Part shown: piece after piece, positions 30,816 to 41,952 of the stretch | Numbering within the stretch: the stretch's first letter is position 1 | Layout of the letters: every line of letters starts with the position of its first letter | Assembly (NCBI GenBank): GCA_965218095.1 | Contig: OZ244587.1 | Coordinates: 1,888,001-1,952,000, forward strand | Length of the DNA stretch: 64,000 bases | Reading direction: 5' to 3' | Source of the DNA: Candidatus Poribacteria bacterium | Lineage (GTDB): Bacteria > Poribacteria > WGA-4E > PCPOR2b | The notes under the pieces: model-generated | Databases searched by the model: none | Told to the model about the DNA's origin: nothing | What the model saw: only the letters and a program-made list of their open reading frames with translations | Translations under genes and position numbers: made by a program

Positions 30816-31880
30816 TTGGACTTGACAGATTACCGAAACCAACTGGATCAGATCGATGATCAGATTTTAGCCCTTTTGCATCGGCGGGCAGAGATCGTTG
30901 AGAAGGTTGGCGAACACAAATCGAGCATAGGTGTCGAGAGTATCTACGTTCCGCACCGTGAAAAAGAGATTATTACTCGGTTGAAGGCGCAGAACAACGA
31001 TCGATTTCCCGTCGGGGCTTTAGAAATGATCTACGCCGAGATTATATCTGCATGCCGTGCGCTCGAAAAACAGTTACGCATTGCATGCCTCGGCCCCGTT
31101 GGCAGCTTTGGGCATGCCGCAAGTTTGCACCACTTTGGGTCATCGGCGGAGTTCATCACGGTGACGCCACAGCCCGACATCTTTAGAGCTGTCGAATCTA
31201 GTAGAGCTGACTACGGCGTCGTCGCCATCGAAAACTCCAGGCATGGAACGGTCCGTGATGTTCTAGCAATGTTCCAGCACACAACCCTGCAAATCTGTGC
31301 TGAATGTTTCTTGCGGATTGATCAAAACCTGCTTTCAAAATCCCCTATCGGTCAAATCTCGAAGATCTACTCTCATCCACAGCCTTTTGCCCAATGCCGT
31401 GAATGGCTCCGCCAAAATTTGAAAGGCGTCCAACAGATCGAGGTTGCCAGCACTTCAGAAGCAGCGGAGTTAGCCGCCAATGAGACAGGCGCAGCGGCAA
31501 TAGCGAGTAAACTCGCCGGCGAGATTTATGGGCTGTCTGTGGTCAGTGGGTCCATCATGGATGACCCGAGCAATACGACGCGCTTTCTTATTATCGGGCG
31601 ACATTCAGCAGAGATAAGCGGAGAGGACCGAACTTCTATTCTTTTCGCCATCAAGGATAAGGTTGGCGCGTTGTGGGAAGTATTGAGCGTTTTGAAGAAC
31701 TATGAAATCAATATGAGTAAGATCGAATCCTTGCCCTCCCGTACCAAAGCGTGGGAGTATGTGTTTTTTGTGGACCTCGATGGGCATGCCGAAGATGAAA
31801 ACGTCCGACAGGCGCTTGCAGAAATTGGAGAGTTGTGCGTGTTGGTGAAAATCCTGGGGGCTTATCCACGGGGTTCTTAA
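30816..31880 (+). CDS. pheA: Chorismate mutase / prephenate dehydratase
   Basis: R.QLDQIDDQI CM domain, IENS, YSHPQ, NTTRF, ACT domain. Confidence 0.95.
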   Translation: MDLTDYRNQLDQIDDQILALLHRRAEIVEKVGEHKSSIGVESIYVPHREKEIITRLKAQNNDRFPVGALEMIYAEIISACRALEKQLRIACLGPVGSFGHAASLHHFGSSAEFITVTPQPDIFRAVESSRADYGVVAIENSRHGTVRDVLAMFQHTTLQICAECFLRIDQNLLSKSPIGQISKIYSHPQPFAQCREWLRQNLKGVQQIEVASTSEAAELAANETGAAAIASKLAGEIYGLSVVSGSIMDDPSNTTRFLIIGRHSAEISGEDRTSILFAIKDKVGALWEVLSVLKNYEINMSKIESLPSRTKAWEYVFFVDLDGHAEDENVRQALAEIGELCVLVKILGAYPRGS

Positions 31881-31919
31881 CAAAACAGCAAAATTCTCTG
31901 CCTTCTATTTCCCCTCTAA

Positions 31920-32957
31920 TTACCCTTTTCCGAACCATATAACAAGCGAAATCAGGTTTACCAAGCTATGCGTGAGCATGCACAGGATGAGTGATTTCGT
32001 CCGAATAAACAGCAATGCGAGGACTAGCCCCATGAGAAATATCGGAATTCCCCCAAGGACTACCGGTGTGAAATGACGGAGGCTTCCATGAAGTGCGGCG
32101 AAAAGAAGCGCACTGAGCAGGATGCCTTTCGCGCGACCAAATCGACCGGCGAAAGCGATATATGCAATGCCCCGGAATAGCATTTCTTCCCCCACTGGCA
32201 TCAAAATTAACATAACAAAAACGAGGAGAACTACTGAACTATCTCCTAAGCTTTGCGGCATGCTGTTCAACCATTGCTGCTGTTCCTGCTGAATCAACGC
32301 CTCCAGTGCGTTTGCAGATATGTGTCGGCTGAACCAGCCTATCCCCTGCGGGAGACCTTCCGAAATGAGAGCTAAAACAGGTGCGAGCAATAACGGCAGC
32401 CCAAAACTGTTAAGGTCGCCATTATATCTCAGCCCTATAGTCGCAACAGTCCTCCGGTAGCGCACGGTTATGCAGAAAAAACACACACAAATGAGTATAT
32501 TTCCGATAATCAGCTTAACAATCCAAAAGTGAGGCACTGAGAGGATGTACATATCCGGCGGTGTCTTCAGCGCCTCGAATCCTTCCGCAATCCACAGTGC
32601 GATAGAACGTACAATTTCCTGAAACAAGAAGGTCACGATGAAAATGACAACCGGGTCTGACGGCTCAAAATAGCCGTGCAGCCTCGCAACGGTTTCTTCT
32701 GCTGTATAAATCTGATTACAGCGTCCACATTTGCGTGACCACGCGTGGTTATCCCGTTGACATTTGGGGCAGATCCAGGTAAGTATGGGTATCTGATTCC
32801 AAAAGTAGATTGGGAAGAATGCCTTTGGAATGAGAAAGGTGCCCAAAGCCCAAAGCACAGATCGCTCTTGCAACTTACTATCATGGTATACCCAAAGGGC
32901 GAGTCCACCGTTTATAAGCCCAATTACAAACAGCCCGTATACCTCTTGCATTGGCAA
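31920..32957 (-). CDS. CPBP/CAAX intramembrane protease with a zinc ribbon
   Basis: EEMLFRG, FAALH, H...N; CPKC..CGRC. Confidence 0.85.
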   Translation of the reverse strand: MPMQEVYGLFVIGLINGGLALWVYHDSKLQERSVLWALGTFLIPKAFFPIYFWNQIPILTWICPKCQRDNHAWSRKCGRCNQIYTAEETVARLHGYFEPSDPVVIFIVTFLFQEIVRSIALWIAEGFEALKTPPDMYILSVPHFWIVKLIIGNILICVCFFCITVRYRRTVATIGLRYNGDLNSFGLPLLLAPVLALISEGLPQGIGWFSRHISANALEALIQQEQQQWLNSMPQSLGDSSVVLLVFVMLILMPVGEEMLFRGIAYIAFAGRFGRAKGILLSALLFAALHGSLRHFTPVVLGGIPIFLMGLVLALLFIRTKSLILCMLTHSLVNLISLVIWFGKG

Positions 32958-33080
32958 AATTGCGTGCTCCTATTGACGATGATTTGACGGCATGGTAACA
33001 TATTCAAATTCCCTTGTCAATAATCATACGGCGAATCTAGAAATTTACAAAAGTTCAGGCTCAGATTTTAGGGTCATCAA

Positions 33081-33974
33081 ATGAAAACCTACAAAGACCT
33101 TCCCACCGACGGCGGATCTGACATCGTCGGGCAGGTGACTGAACAGGCTAACCGTTTACAGAAGCGGATGGCATCTATCCGTCATACGGTTGCGGTTATG
33201 AGCGGCAAAGGCGGGGTGGGCAAGAGCGCAATCACGGCAAACCTCGCTTCAGCCCTTGCGGTGCGTGGATGCGCCGTTGGCGTTGTTGATGCTGACATCA
33301 ATGGGCCATCGATCGCCAAAATGATGGGTGTGAGACGGGCGCAGATCGACTATGGCGCTGACGGTGTGAAACCCGCCATGAATCCACTGGGTATCAAGGT
33401 GATGTCGATGGATTTGTTTCTCACAGACGATGAAACGCCCACCCTCTGGAACACCCATACACAGAAGGACGCTTTTACCTGGCGTGGGACGATGGAAGTG
33501 ACAGCCCTCCGCGAATTCCTCTCCGACACCGAATGGAGAGTTCTTGATTATCTGCTGATTGATCTCCCGCCTGGCACAGATCGGCTGCCAAATCTCGTGG
33601 ATCTCCTGCCGGATCTTGGCGGCGCCATTGTTGTCACGATTCCCTCTGGGGTCTCGCAACTTGTCGTCAAAAAATCGCTGACGATGGCGAAGGAACTACT
33701 CAACATACCGGTGATCGGCGTCGTCGAAAATATGGCAGCCTACGTCTGTGCAGATTGTGGGAAAATAGAAGATCTGTTCCCATCTGGGCACACAGAGGAA
33801 ATGGCGCGTCAATTTGATGTCCCGCTGCTCGGCAAGATACCGTTCCATCCCCAAATCTCCATTTGCGCCGATGAGGGAACAACATTTGTTGCAGACTATG
33901 AAGATACACCCGCTGGCAGGGCGTTAATAGCAGTCACAGAGAAAATCCAAACATTCTTTAAGCATGAAATGTGA
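33081..33974 (+). CDS. Mrp/NBP35 (ApbC) Fe-S carrier ATPase
   Basis: SGKGGVGKS, DLPPGT, ENM..YVCADCG. Confidence 0.92.
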   Translation: MKTYKDLPTDGGSDIVGQVTEQANRLQKRMASIRHTVAVMSGKGGVGKSAITANLASALAVRGCAVGVVDADINGPSIAKMMGVRRAQIDYGADGVKPAMNPLGIKVMSMDLFLTDDETPTLWNTHTQKDAFTWRGTMEVTALREFLSDTEWRVLDYLLIDLPPGTDRLPNLVDLLPDLGGAIVVTIPSGVSQLVVKKSLTMAKELLNIPVIGVVENMAAYVCADCGKIEDLFPSGHTEEMARQFDVPLLGKIPFHPQISICADEGTTFVADYEDTPAGRALIAVTEKIQTFFKHEM

Positions 33975-34115
33975 GGCGCCATTCAAGCGACTATACGGAG
34001 GTGCTGATGGGAGCGATTCAATGTGCGATTTGGCGGAAAAACTTGCTATACTACCCACCGCCAGAAACTGCGCTTTTCGGCTAAAAGCGCAATTTGACGC
34101 GGTGTTGAGTATAGA

Positions 34116-34430
34116 TTGAAAAATCTATGTCAAAATGGAGAGATCTCAGAGCATAAATTCCATCAGATGGCCCATCCGTTGGCTAAAAAACGCTATGAGC
34201 CGCTTCGGAAGTTCTTGATAGAACTCTTGGACTTTCCAAACGAAATACTTCGTTTGAATGCCGTACATCTGTTGGGTAGCCATTGGCCCGAAAAGCAAGA
34301 TATTGGAAGAAAACGGGTCGAATTACTGATAAACGATCCAAACGACGACGTCCGCATGCTCTTGGCCAGTGCATTATCTCATATCAAATATGTTGAAGCA
34401 CGAGGAAGTTCTGATGCAATGTGTCGATAA
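34116..34430 (+). pseudogene. HEAT-repeat protein fragment
   Basis: LRLNAVHLLG, DPNDDVRMLLASAL; short and apparently truncated. Confidence 0.45.
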
Positions 34431-34632
34431 CCCAAAAGAAGACCTTTTTGTAAAAGACAGTTGTATTGACGCAATACGTATCCTTGATGGAAAACCACAG
34501 CTCCAGATTCTTGGAGAATAGCTTAATTAGATCGCCACTGGAAGTCGTAAGAAGTGAATTTCTCCACCAACGAGACGAGGTTCCTTCACCATATACAACA
34601 AAAGTCAATCAATTTTCAAACGGAGTCAATCA

Positions 34633-35133
34633 ATGAAATTCCTATGTCTTGAATGTAACACAGCCATGCAATTTAAAGAGGCGGCAACACCCAATCAAGG
34701 CTCGTTGACCGCGATTTTCGAGTGCCCAGAATGCTTTGCTGAGTTTGCGATGCACATGAACCCGTGGGAAACCCAAATGCTGAAATCCCTCGATGTTCAG
34801 CTCGGTGGCAAAAGCGAAGCAGCCCAGCCGATGCAGATGGTACGTTCCTTCCTGAATCAAAAGAACCCGGACAATCTGACATCCGAAGCTCCAACGGTAT
34901 CCACTGAAGGCGGCGGAAAATGCCCGTTCACATCAGTTGTGGCACAGGCATTTCAAGAGCCGAAGCCGACCGGACCGGTATGGACACCGGAAGCGTTAGC
35001 GCGTTTGGAGTGCGTGCCGAGTTTCGTCCGCTTGATGGCGAAGACTGGCATCGAAGAGTTCGCCCGTGAAAATGGACATACCGAAATCACTGCCGAAGTG
35101 ATGGATACTGCACGCGGAAACTTTGGGATGTAG
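34633..35133 (+). CDS. Zn-ribbon + PCP-reductase-like C-terminal domain protein
   Basis: CLEC, CPEC, CPF; WTPEALARLECVPSFVR...IE.FA..G..EIT. Confidence 0.8.
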   Translation: MKFLCLECNTAMQFKEAATPNQGSLTAIFECPECFAEFAMHMNPWETQMLKSLDVQLGGKSEAAQPMQMVRSFLNQKNPDNLTSEAPTVSTEGGGKCPFTSVVAQAFQEPKPTGPVWTPEALARLECVPSFVRLMAKTGIEEFARENGHTEITAEVMDTARGNFGM

Positions 35134-35145
35134 GAGTTTATCACA

Positions 35146-37228
35146 GTGAAAACAGAAAAAATCCATATAACACAAACCGCAATAGACTCATCATCGTACC
35201 CAATTTCACTGTCAGCCATATCAGCGAAGGTTGCCCAAAAAAATGGCAGGCGGAAGCGACCCGAACGGGATGCACATCAACCCGCTCTGCTTGAACATCG
35301 GCCGATGGACAATGTTCGGAAGATTGTGAATCCATTTGGGGAGGAGGTTGTGCGGGTCGATGGCGAAATTCCTGTGGAGTTGGCCGTTAATGATGGCAAT
35401 AGATTTCTGTTTATTAGTTATGATCAGAGTCACCTCACTCACGGATTGCATAAGTATCCCGCCAAATTTTTTCCCGAATTACCGCGTTGGTTAATCAAAC
35501 GGTATTCTCAAGAAAACAATATGATACTCGATCCGTTTTCGGGGAGCGGGACGACAAATGTTGAAGCACTCTTGCTGAGACGAAACTCTGTTGGTATTGA
35601 TGTCGATCCATTTTCTCGATTCATTTCAAAAGTCAAGGTAACGCCCTTAGATGAAAAGGAACTCATCGCATCTCAAGAATCTCTGTTATGTGCCGTACTA
35701 AACTGAGGGGTGTGCATAAATATAGTTGACATAATCAAGCCAAAAGGGTTTCCTATTGTTATCATAGCAAAAGGAGCCCCAATATGGTACAAAGACCAAT
35801 GTTGGCTGATTATGTCACTCTTATTATGCAACTCTTTGAGCAGTTTATGCAACACCGTATTGACAAACCAGGTGTCACACACGCAAAACCATTGACATAT
35901 TCAACCACCTCGTTTATCATTTTCTTCATGTTGATGCAGTTTCACGGCATCTATGGCTTCAAAACGCAATGGCGGTGGCTAATCAATCACCCAGAAGTGT
36001 TACAAATGCTGGGGTGGCAACAGCCCCCTCATCGAACCACGATTGCACGTCGCTATAAGGCATTATATGAAGTGATAGAGGCATTTGTATTGTTTATCGG
36101 TCAGTATGCCACTGACTTGTCCCAACAATTCAACTTGGCTCATCTGGTAGCCGACAAAAGTTTATTTAAGGCACGAGGACCCGTCTGGCATCAAACTGAC
36201 CGCAAAGCAGGAAAAGCACCTAAACATCTACGCAACCTCGACACCGATGCCACGTGGAGCAAGAGTGGTTATCATGGCTGGGTCTATGGCTACGGACTTC
36301 ACATTATCTGCACACAAGGTGCGCTCCCAACACTGATAACTGTGCACCGTGCGTCGGTCTCCGAAAGTTGGGCGATAGATGCTAAAGCGTCTGAGATTCT
36401 GACACAACTTTCACCGCAGACACTCACTGCCGATGATGCCTATACCCAAGCAGACCGTATCCGTCGTTGGGCGAAAGCACAAGTCGCTTTGATTACCCCG
36501 GCACTTAGATGGACAAAGGGACGGTTTGCCAAGGCGTATCATCGATTTATCAACCAACCCAAGCAGCGTCTCTGTTTAAGCAAACGTCGCAGTTCGGTTG
36601 AACCGTTGTTTGACTTGATTGCTAAAGTGATAGGCACCACTCCTCAACAGAAGCAGTTACCGGTCAAGGGGTTTTTCAATGTACGCTGTTGTTTAGCTAT
36701 CGGGGTGTTATCAGTGCAAGTGGCTATGATTGCCAATGCCATATGGAAGTTACCTGCTCGCAATATCTCTCATATGGCGGCTGTTTTCCAATGAACTACT
36801 ATGCACACCCCTCAATTAACTACCAGCCCGCTCAGGTATCAGAATCGGATATACCGTCCTTCCCTTACAGGGATAATTGGTTCAACAGAAAAATTATCTT
36901 AGAACTGGCCTACCTCAAAAAGGCTATCGAATCTCTTGATAAAAGTGAGCGCGTTAAAGATTTCTTCAAAGTCTGTTTCTCCTCGATCATCCGTTCTGTG
37001 TCCAACGCCGATGACAATTGCACGAGGACTGTAATTCGGAAGCGACTGAACAAACAGGTTAATCCTTCCGATGCCCTGAAGAAATTTGCAGAAGTGGTGC
37101 TGGTCAATGTTCCCAAGATGGTAGAATTTTCTCAAAACGCTCCACAGGGCGTAGCTGTAAGTTTGCCAGAAAACATGGACGCACAGAATATCAAGCGAAG
37201 GGAAATGATTAAAAATGAAATGGAATGA
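35146..37228 (+). pseudogene. DNA methyltransferase interrupted by an IS and C-terminally deleted
   Basis: THGLHKYPAKF and DPFSGSGTT; frame resumes after the IS (AVLN|YQPAQ) but ends before any SPPY/DPPY motif. Confidence 0.85.
35705..36817 (+). mobile_element. IS4/IS5-like DDE element with an intact 336-aa transposase (35784-36794)
   Basis: GAGGGGTGTGCAT / ATGCACACCCCTC TIRs, AACT duplicated on both flanks; DTDATW, GWVYGYGLH, ADDAY, RSSVEPLF. Confidence 0.88.
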
Positions 37229-37964
37229 CTTGATTGAGTTAATAATGACGGAAAACAACGGAACCGCCTCTCTTAGTTTCTTATATGATTAGGCAGCTAA
37301 CTATAGGAATTTACCCTCTGGAGACTGGAGAAAAACACTGAGAGGAGTTTTGTATAGAAAGGTAAATAGAGGACGATTCAAGAAAATTGGGTTGGGAGTT
37401 TACACCTTATCTTCGTATCATGACCTTGCAAATTCTGCATACTCTTCTGCTCTGAACAACAGATTCGTCCACGAGTACCTGGCGAAGGTAAAAGATTACC
37501 ATAGTACAATTGAAGGAATGCTGATTGAAATTGGGAATCTCATGGAATATAAAACTTACACGAGCGATTTGAATAAAAGCTTCGATAGCAAGATATTAAA
37601 AGAATTGTGCGGGCTTACAGAAATTCCAGATTTCACATACACAGAATTGAAAGATGTCATTTCCAAATCAGATATAATATGGTTTAGTAAATCAAAATTG
37701 CCATTTCCGAAATTGATTTTTGAAGTTGAATCAACCACTAATTTTACCAACTCAATGTTTAAAATGTATCAAATGATAGATTTTGATACTAGATTTTTTC
37801 TTGTAGCATCAGAATCAAAGAAAAGAATATATTCAGATCGACTGGGCAAAGAGCCGTTTGTTACAGTCAAAAGTAAATTTGGATTCCGTTCTTTTGAAGA
37901 AGTAACACAGCTTTATTTCAGCTCTGTTGAACATTACGAACTAAAGTCGAAATTTCTATCCTAA
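37215..37964 (+). pseudogene. Putative restriction endonuclease with an in-frame TAG
   Basis: MKWNDLIEL...YD*AANY (TAG 37290-92) in frame with the 37350 ORF; SDIIW..FEVES PD-(D/E)xK-like motif; AT-rich; follows the MTase. Confidence 0.7.
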
Positions 37965-38023
37965 GATTGGAGGAAAAAATGGGTAGCTTAAAAGAAACGC
38001 AATTGAAACCGGTAGAGCAATTA

Positions 38024-38067
38024 GGTTCTGTTGACATTTCAACGGAGCCATATAAGAGTGGAGACAA
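38024..38067. mobile_element. 44-bp stub of the IS5 element, truncated by IS3
   Basis: Nearly identical to 25235-25278. Confidence 0.88.
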
Positions 38068-39320
38068 TATAATGGTCCCCAATATTCGGGCCAGGAGTTA
38101 AGTAAGAAATAACGTCTAACTCCCGTCCACCAATGGAGGTCTGAATATGTCAACCAAACGGATTCGGCATACTGCCAAATTCAAGTTTCAAATAGCCGTT
38201 GAAGCCATCAAGCCCGATAAAACTATCAACCAATTGGCAAGCGAGCATCAGTTGCACCCAAGCCAAATCAGCCAATGGAAGAAACAGTTGCTTGAACAAG
38301 GTAGCGATATTTTCGCTACCAACCCGACCCAGCGACAGCGTGAGCAAAATGACAGGGAGTCGAGCCTGTATGAGCAAATGGGGCGGTTGAATATGGAACT
38401 CGACTGGTTGAAAAAAAAAGCTGCCTCAAGCCGCTGAACAGAGACGGGCACTCGTTGAACCCGACCACCTGAAACTGAGTATCCGTCGTCAGTGTGAATT
38501 GCTCGGTTTTTCCCGGTCAACCCTCTACTGTCAACCGGCTACAGAGTCAGCAGACAATCTGCATCTGATGAGACAAATAGATGAGCACTATCTGCAAACC
38601 CCTTTCTATGGGAGTCGTCGAATGACACAACATCTTAAGCGGCTTGGCTACCGTGTGAACCGCAAACGCATCCAGCGACTGATGCGTTTGATGGGTATAG
38701 AAGCGATTTATCCCAAACCCTCAGCCATCAACAGCGAGCATCGGATTTACCCATACCTATTACGGGACTATGAGGTGACCGCTGCCAATGAGGTCTGGTC
38801 GGCTGACATTACCTATATCCCGATGGATAAAGGGTTTATGTATCTGGTGGCGATACTCGACTGGTATAGTCGTTACGTCATCACTTGGGAGTTATCCAAT
38901 AGTCTATCAGGGCAGTTCTGTCTCGACGCTTTGCATCACGCATTATCTGGGGCAACCCCCATCATCTTCAATACTGACCAAGGTGTCCAGTTTACAGCCA
39001 ATGCTTTCACCGATACGGTCGAAGCCGATGGTATTGCTATGAGTATGGACAGCGTGGGGAGAGCCATTGACAACATTTACATTGAGCGGTTTTGGCGAAG
39101 CGTCAAGTATGAAGATGTTTATCACAAACTTTACCAAACAGGGCAAGCCCTGTTTGATGGATTAACTCAATATATCCGTTTCTATAATCAACAGCGACCT
39201 CACCAGAGTCTAAATTATGCTACCCCGGCTGAGGTCTATCTGAGCTAAAGCAGTGTCAGTTTATCTCAAATATCTTACTTATTTTTCCTGTATTTTGGCC
39301 TCGACAATGGGTCCACTTTA
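38068..39320 (+). mobile_element. IS3-family element (orfA 38147-38437, orfB to 39248; slippery A-run at 38411-38420)
   Basis: HTH orfA, YGSRR, WSADITY, TDQG.QF, IERFWRSVKYE; imperfect TIRs. Confidence 0.93.
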
Positions 39321-39835
39321 TTCCCTTAATCTGTTTATGATACATTTCAGTACGTTGACACTAGGCAGGCTTTGCATAAAATGCTTTTTCTGCCTTCCTC
39401 TCCCATATCATCTTTAAGATGACTTAGGGACTCTTTTAATCTCACTAAATGTAATTTATAGATGACTTAGGTTCTGACTTTGCCCCGAAGCAATGGCTTA
39501 CCAGTGATATGAATTTCAAGCATATCACCTTTGGTTATGCGAATGTTAAGCGCATAACCCTATGCTTGTACTTTATTAGTTACAGGCTTTAGCTTGTAGA
39601 TTAACCTGCTCTAAGGTTACGAGGCTTCAAACATCAGTTCAATTTTCATTTTAACCTTATCATCCTCAGCCTGACGTTCCAGTCTCAAGGGTCTACTTTC
39701 CCTCTCAGGAATTCGCCATGTCCCTTTGCTTCCCACCCTGCCATTTCTGGCAACGCAGTTAAGGTGAGGCTTATGATTGTAAGCTATCATAGATGGAATC
39801 GCACCACCATTGCATTTAGTTACTTAAAAGCGCAC
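39321..39835 (-). ncRNA. Group II intron 5' half (domain I and beyond), truncated by IS3; no RT ORF
   Basis: Starts GUGCG at 39835; AACUG..GAAA..GAAGC Ic-like stem; 9-bp hairpin (39533-39559) with UAACAU in its loop, complementary to exon end AUGUUA. Confidence 0.85.
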
Positions 39836-40296
39836 TAACATCTCCTTAACGTAATCTAATTTGCTCTTGCCATCCCCCTGTGGATCGTACAGAAACGGTC
39901 TAAGGCGGGATTGACATAGACACAAGTCACCACACCGATACCGTTGCTTTCGCGTTTCCACTATACTGACGACGCACCAACGCGATGTTCCGGGCGTAGC
40001 GTTTGTCCAAAACGGTGTCATCAAAGATGACATTTTCCTGTTGGGTTTGCACAATGTGCGGTTTGACATTTTCCCATACCAAGCGAGGCGGGATACGCTC
40101 ACCGGCGAGATAACGGTTTATCATATCATGACTGAAACTTCTGCTATGGTCAGCGAAATGGGTTAAGGTATAGTTGATTGGGCTGCTGAGCAAATACTGA
40201 CAGTAGTCGAGTCGAGTGGGTTTGGCCATATTCACCTCCATGCTGCTCATTCTACTGCTTTTCACCGCTTGTGTCTATTTATTTTGCGTAAGTCCT
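39836..40296 (-). mobile_element. IS701-family element, 5' part, degraded
   Basis: AGGACTTACGCA end; LDYCQYLLSS, FSHDMINRYL, FDDTVLDK, RRQYSGN, DGKSKLD. Confidence 0.85.
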
Positions 40297-40402
40297 AATT
40301 ATAAAATTTTTGGGATTCAGTTGGGACGGATGATACCATTGTTTCTCGGACACTCAATTTCGTCGAAAGTCACCTCCCCTGCGGGTTTGTGTCACGCAGC
40401 GT

Positions 40403-40744
40403 TCACGTCGTTGGAATCGCGTCGTACAACTTCGCATTGAACCCGACGAAAAACGTATCTCCGAGCTGTAGCGTGGACGCGCGTAGGTTGCCACTTCGTC
40501 CGATGATCGCTTTGAGGATGGCGTCTCGTGAATTGACATTTGGGTCGAAAACATCGACTTTTTTGCCTTTGGCGACGCGAATGGATTGAGCGGTTTTGAT
40601 ACGCCCCCACACCTCGGTTGAATTCAACTTTTCCTTACGAGCCTCCGTTAGACTGTCTACCTGAATGTTGTTTGCGTCAAGAAACTCTCGCGCTTTTCGA
40701 CAGGAGGTTCAGCCGTTCCTGAAAAACATCCAATTCACTGTCAT
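40403..40744 (-). CDS. ArsC-family selenoprotein (UTSC), 113 aa with Sec at codon 12
   Basis: GGAGG RBS; MTVNWMFFRNG-U-TSCRKAREFL...GRSGNLRA.TL..G...VGFN; TGA at 40709-11 followed by a hairpin with a GU loop. Confidence 0.88.
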
Positions 40745-41074
40745 CAATTTCCTCCATTTTTCGTAATTTCTGTATAAGTCAACAGGAGGGTTTACACACG
40801 TTGCTGCTCCCGATGGATTGCCAAAACCATCGCCGAAGCCGTCAGTGTATACCATCTCCCTGACCATTACCGTTTTTCAAAATTTGAGTCAATTATAGCA
40901 TATTTTTGTTGGACCCTATTAGAAAATCGCGCAAAGAAAAAGCGACAAAACGCTATGATAGTGATAGATGCGCTTCAAAGGAGCTATACGAAAAATCGAA
41001 AATGTAGTATACTTGATTCTGGAGCGTTTTTATGGAAAATTTTCATCCCAATTGATAAAGAATGGAGAGTTTTT

Positions 41075-41866
41075 ATGAGCAGGGCTACAAAGTATGACAT
41101 GAATCAACTTATGGAGGAATGGCGGATCAATGGGTTCGTTGTTTTCGCAGATCTCATCCCAACAGAGAAGATTGACCGTATCCGCGAGGCCTGGGCACCG
41201 ATTCGAGACCGCGAAGACCGCGACATCGAGCGGCAGGGAAAGTATCCGTCACGCGGCTATCATCGCTATAACGTTCGAGTCCCATTCGAGCAACCTTTTG
41301 TCGACGAGGACCTCTTCGAGCATCCCGCTCTGGTTGAATTTCTGGAGCGCGTGATGGGCCCGGATTACGTGTGGACACACTTCGACTCGAACATACCTCT
41401 GCCAGGAACAGACTATCAAAAATGGCATCGGGACGGCATGGCTTCCCCCTTTCCAGGCATCATGACGCTGGCTTTCTGTGTCGGTGTTAAGTTTCCACTG
41501 GTTGATACCAGCGAAGAGAATGGCAGTTTTGAAGTTATCCTGGGCACGCAGTACGTCACCAATGACGAATTACCCCCGAATTTGGACGATGTCTTTGGTA
41601 CTAACACCGCCCAGCAGATACCACCCAATTCGTCTCAATCTCAAGAAGGGGTCGCTCTGGGTTCAGGATGGACGCGCTTTTCATCGCGGCATTCCCAATC
41701 AGACCATGCACGCGACGAACTATGTATGGCATTCAGCGTTCCCTGGCTATTCAGCCGGTGGCTGCATGAGTATACCGAGAAACATTTTCCACGAGACCTC
41801 TGGGAAAGCCTATCGCCTCACACGAAGCATATGCTGCGGTGGCAGCGAGTGAAAGATGCGTGCTGA
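41075..41866 (+). pseudogene. PhyH-family dioxygenase with two compensating frameshifts
   Basis: WHRD and ENGSFEV are in frame, but LKKGSLWVQDGRAFHRG lies in another frame (~41605-41700). Confidence 0.75.
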
Positions 41867-41952
41867 AACGGTTCGTAAAATGTAAAACGTTGAATTATCC
41901 GCTTTCTTCAATCTCTCGTCTCCGAAACGCAACCCGTGAAGGAGGTTTGCTG

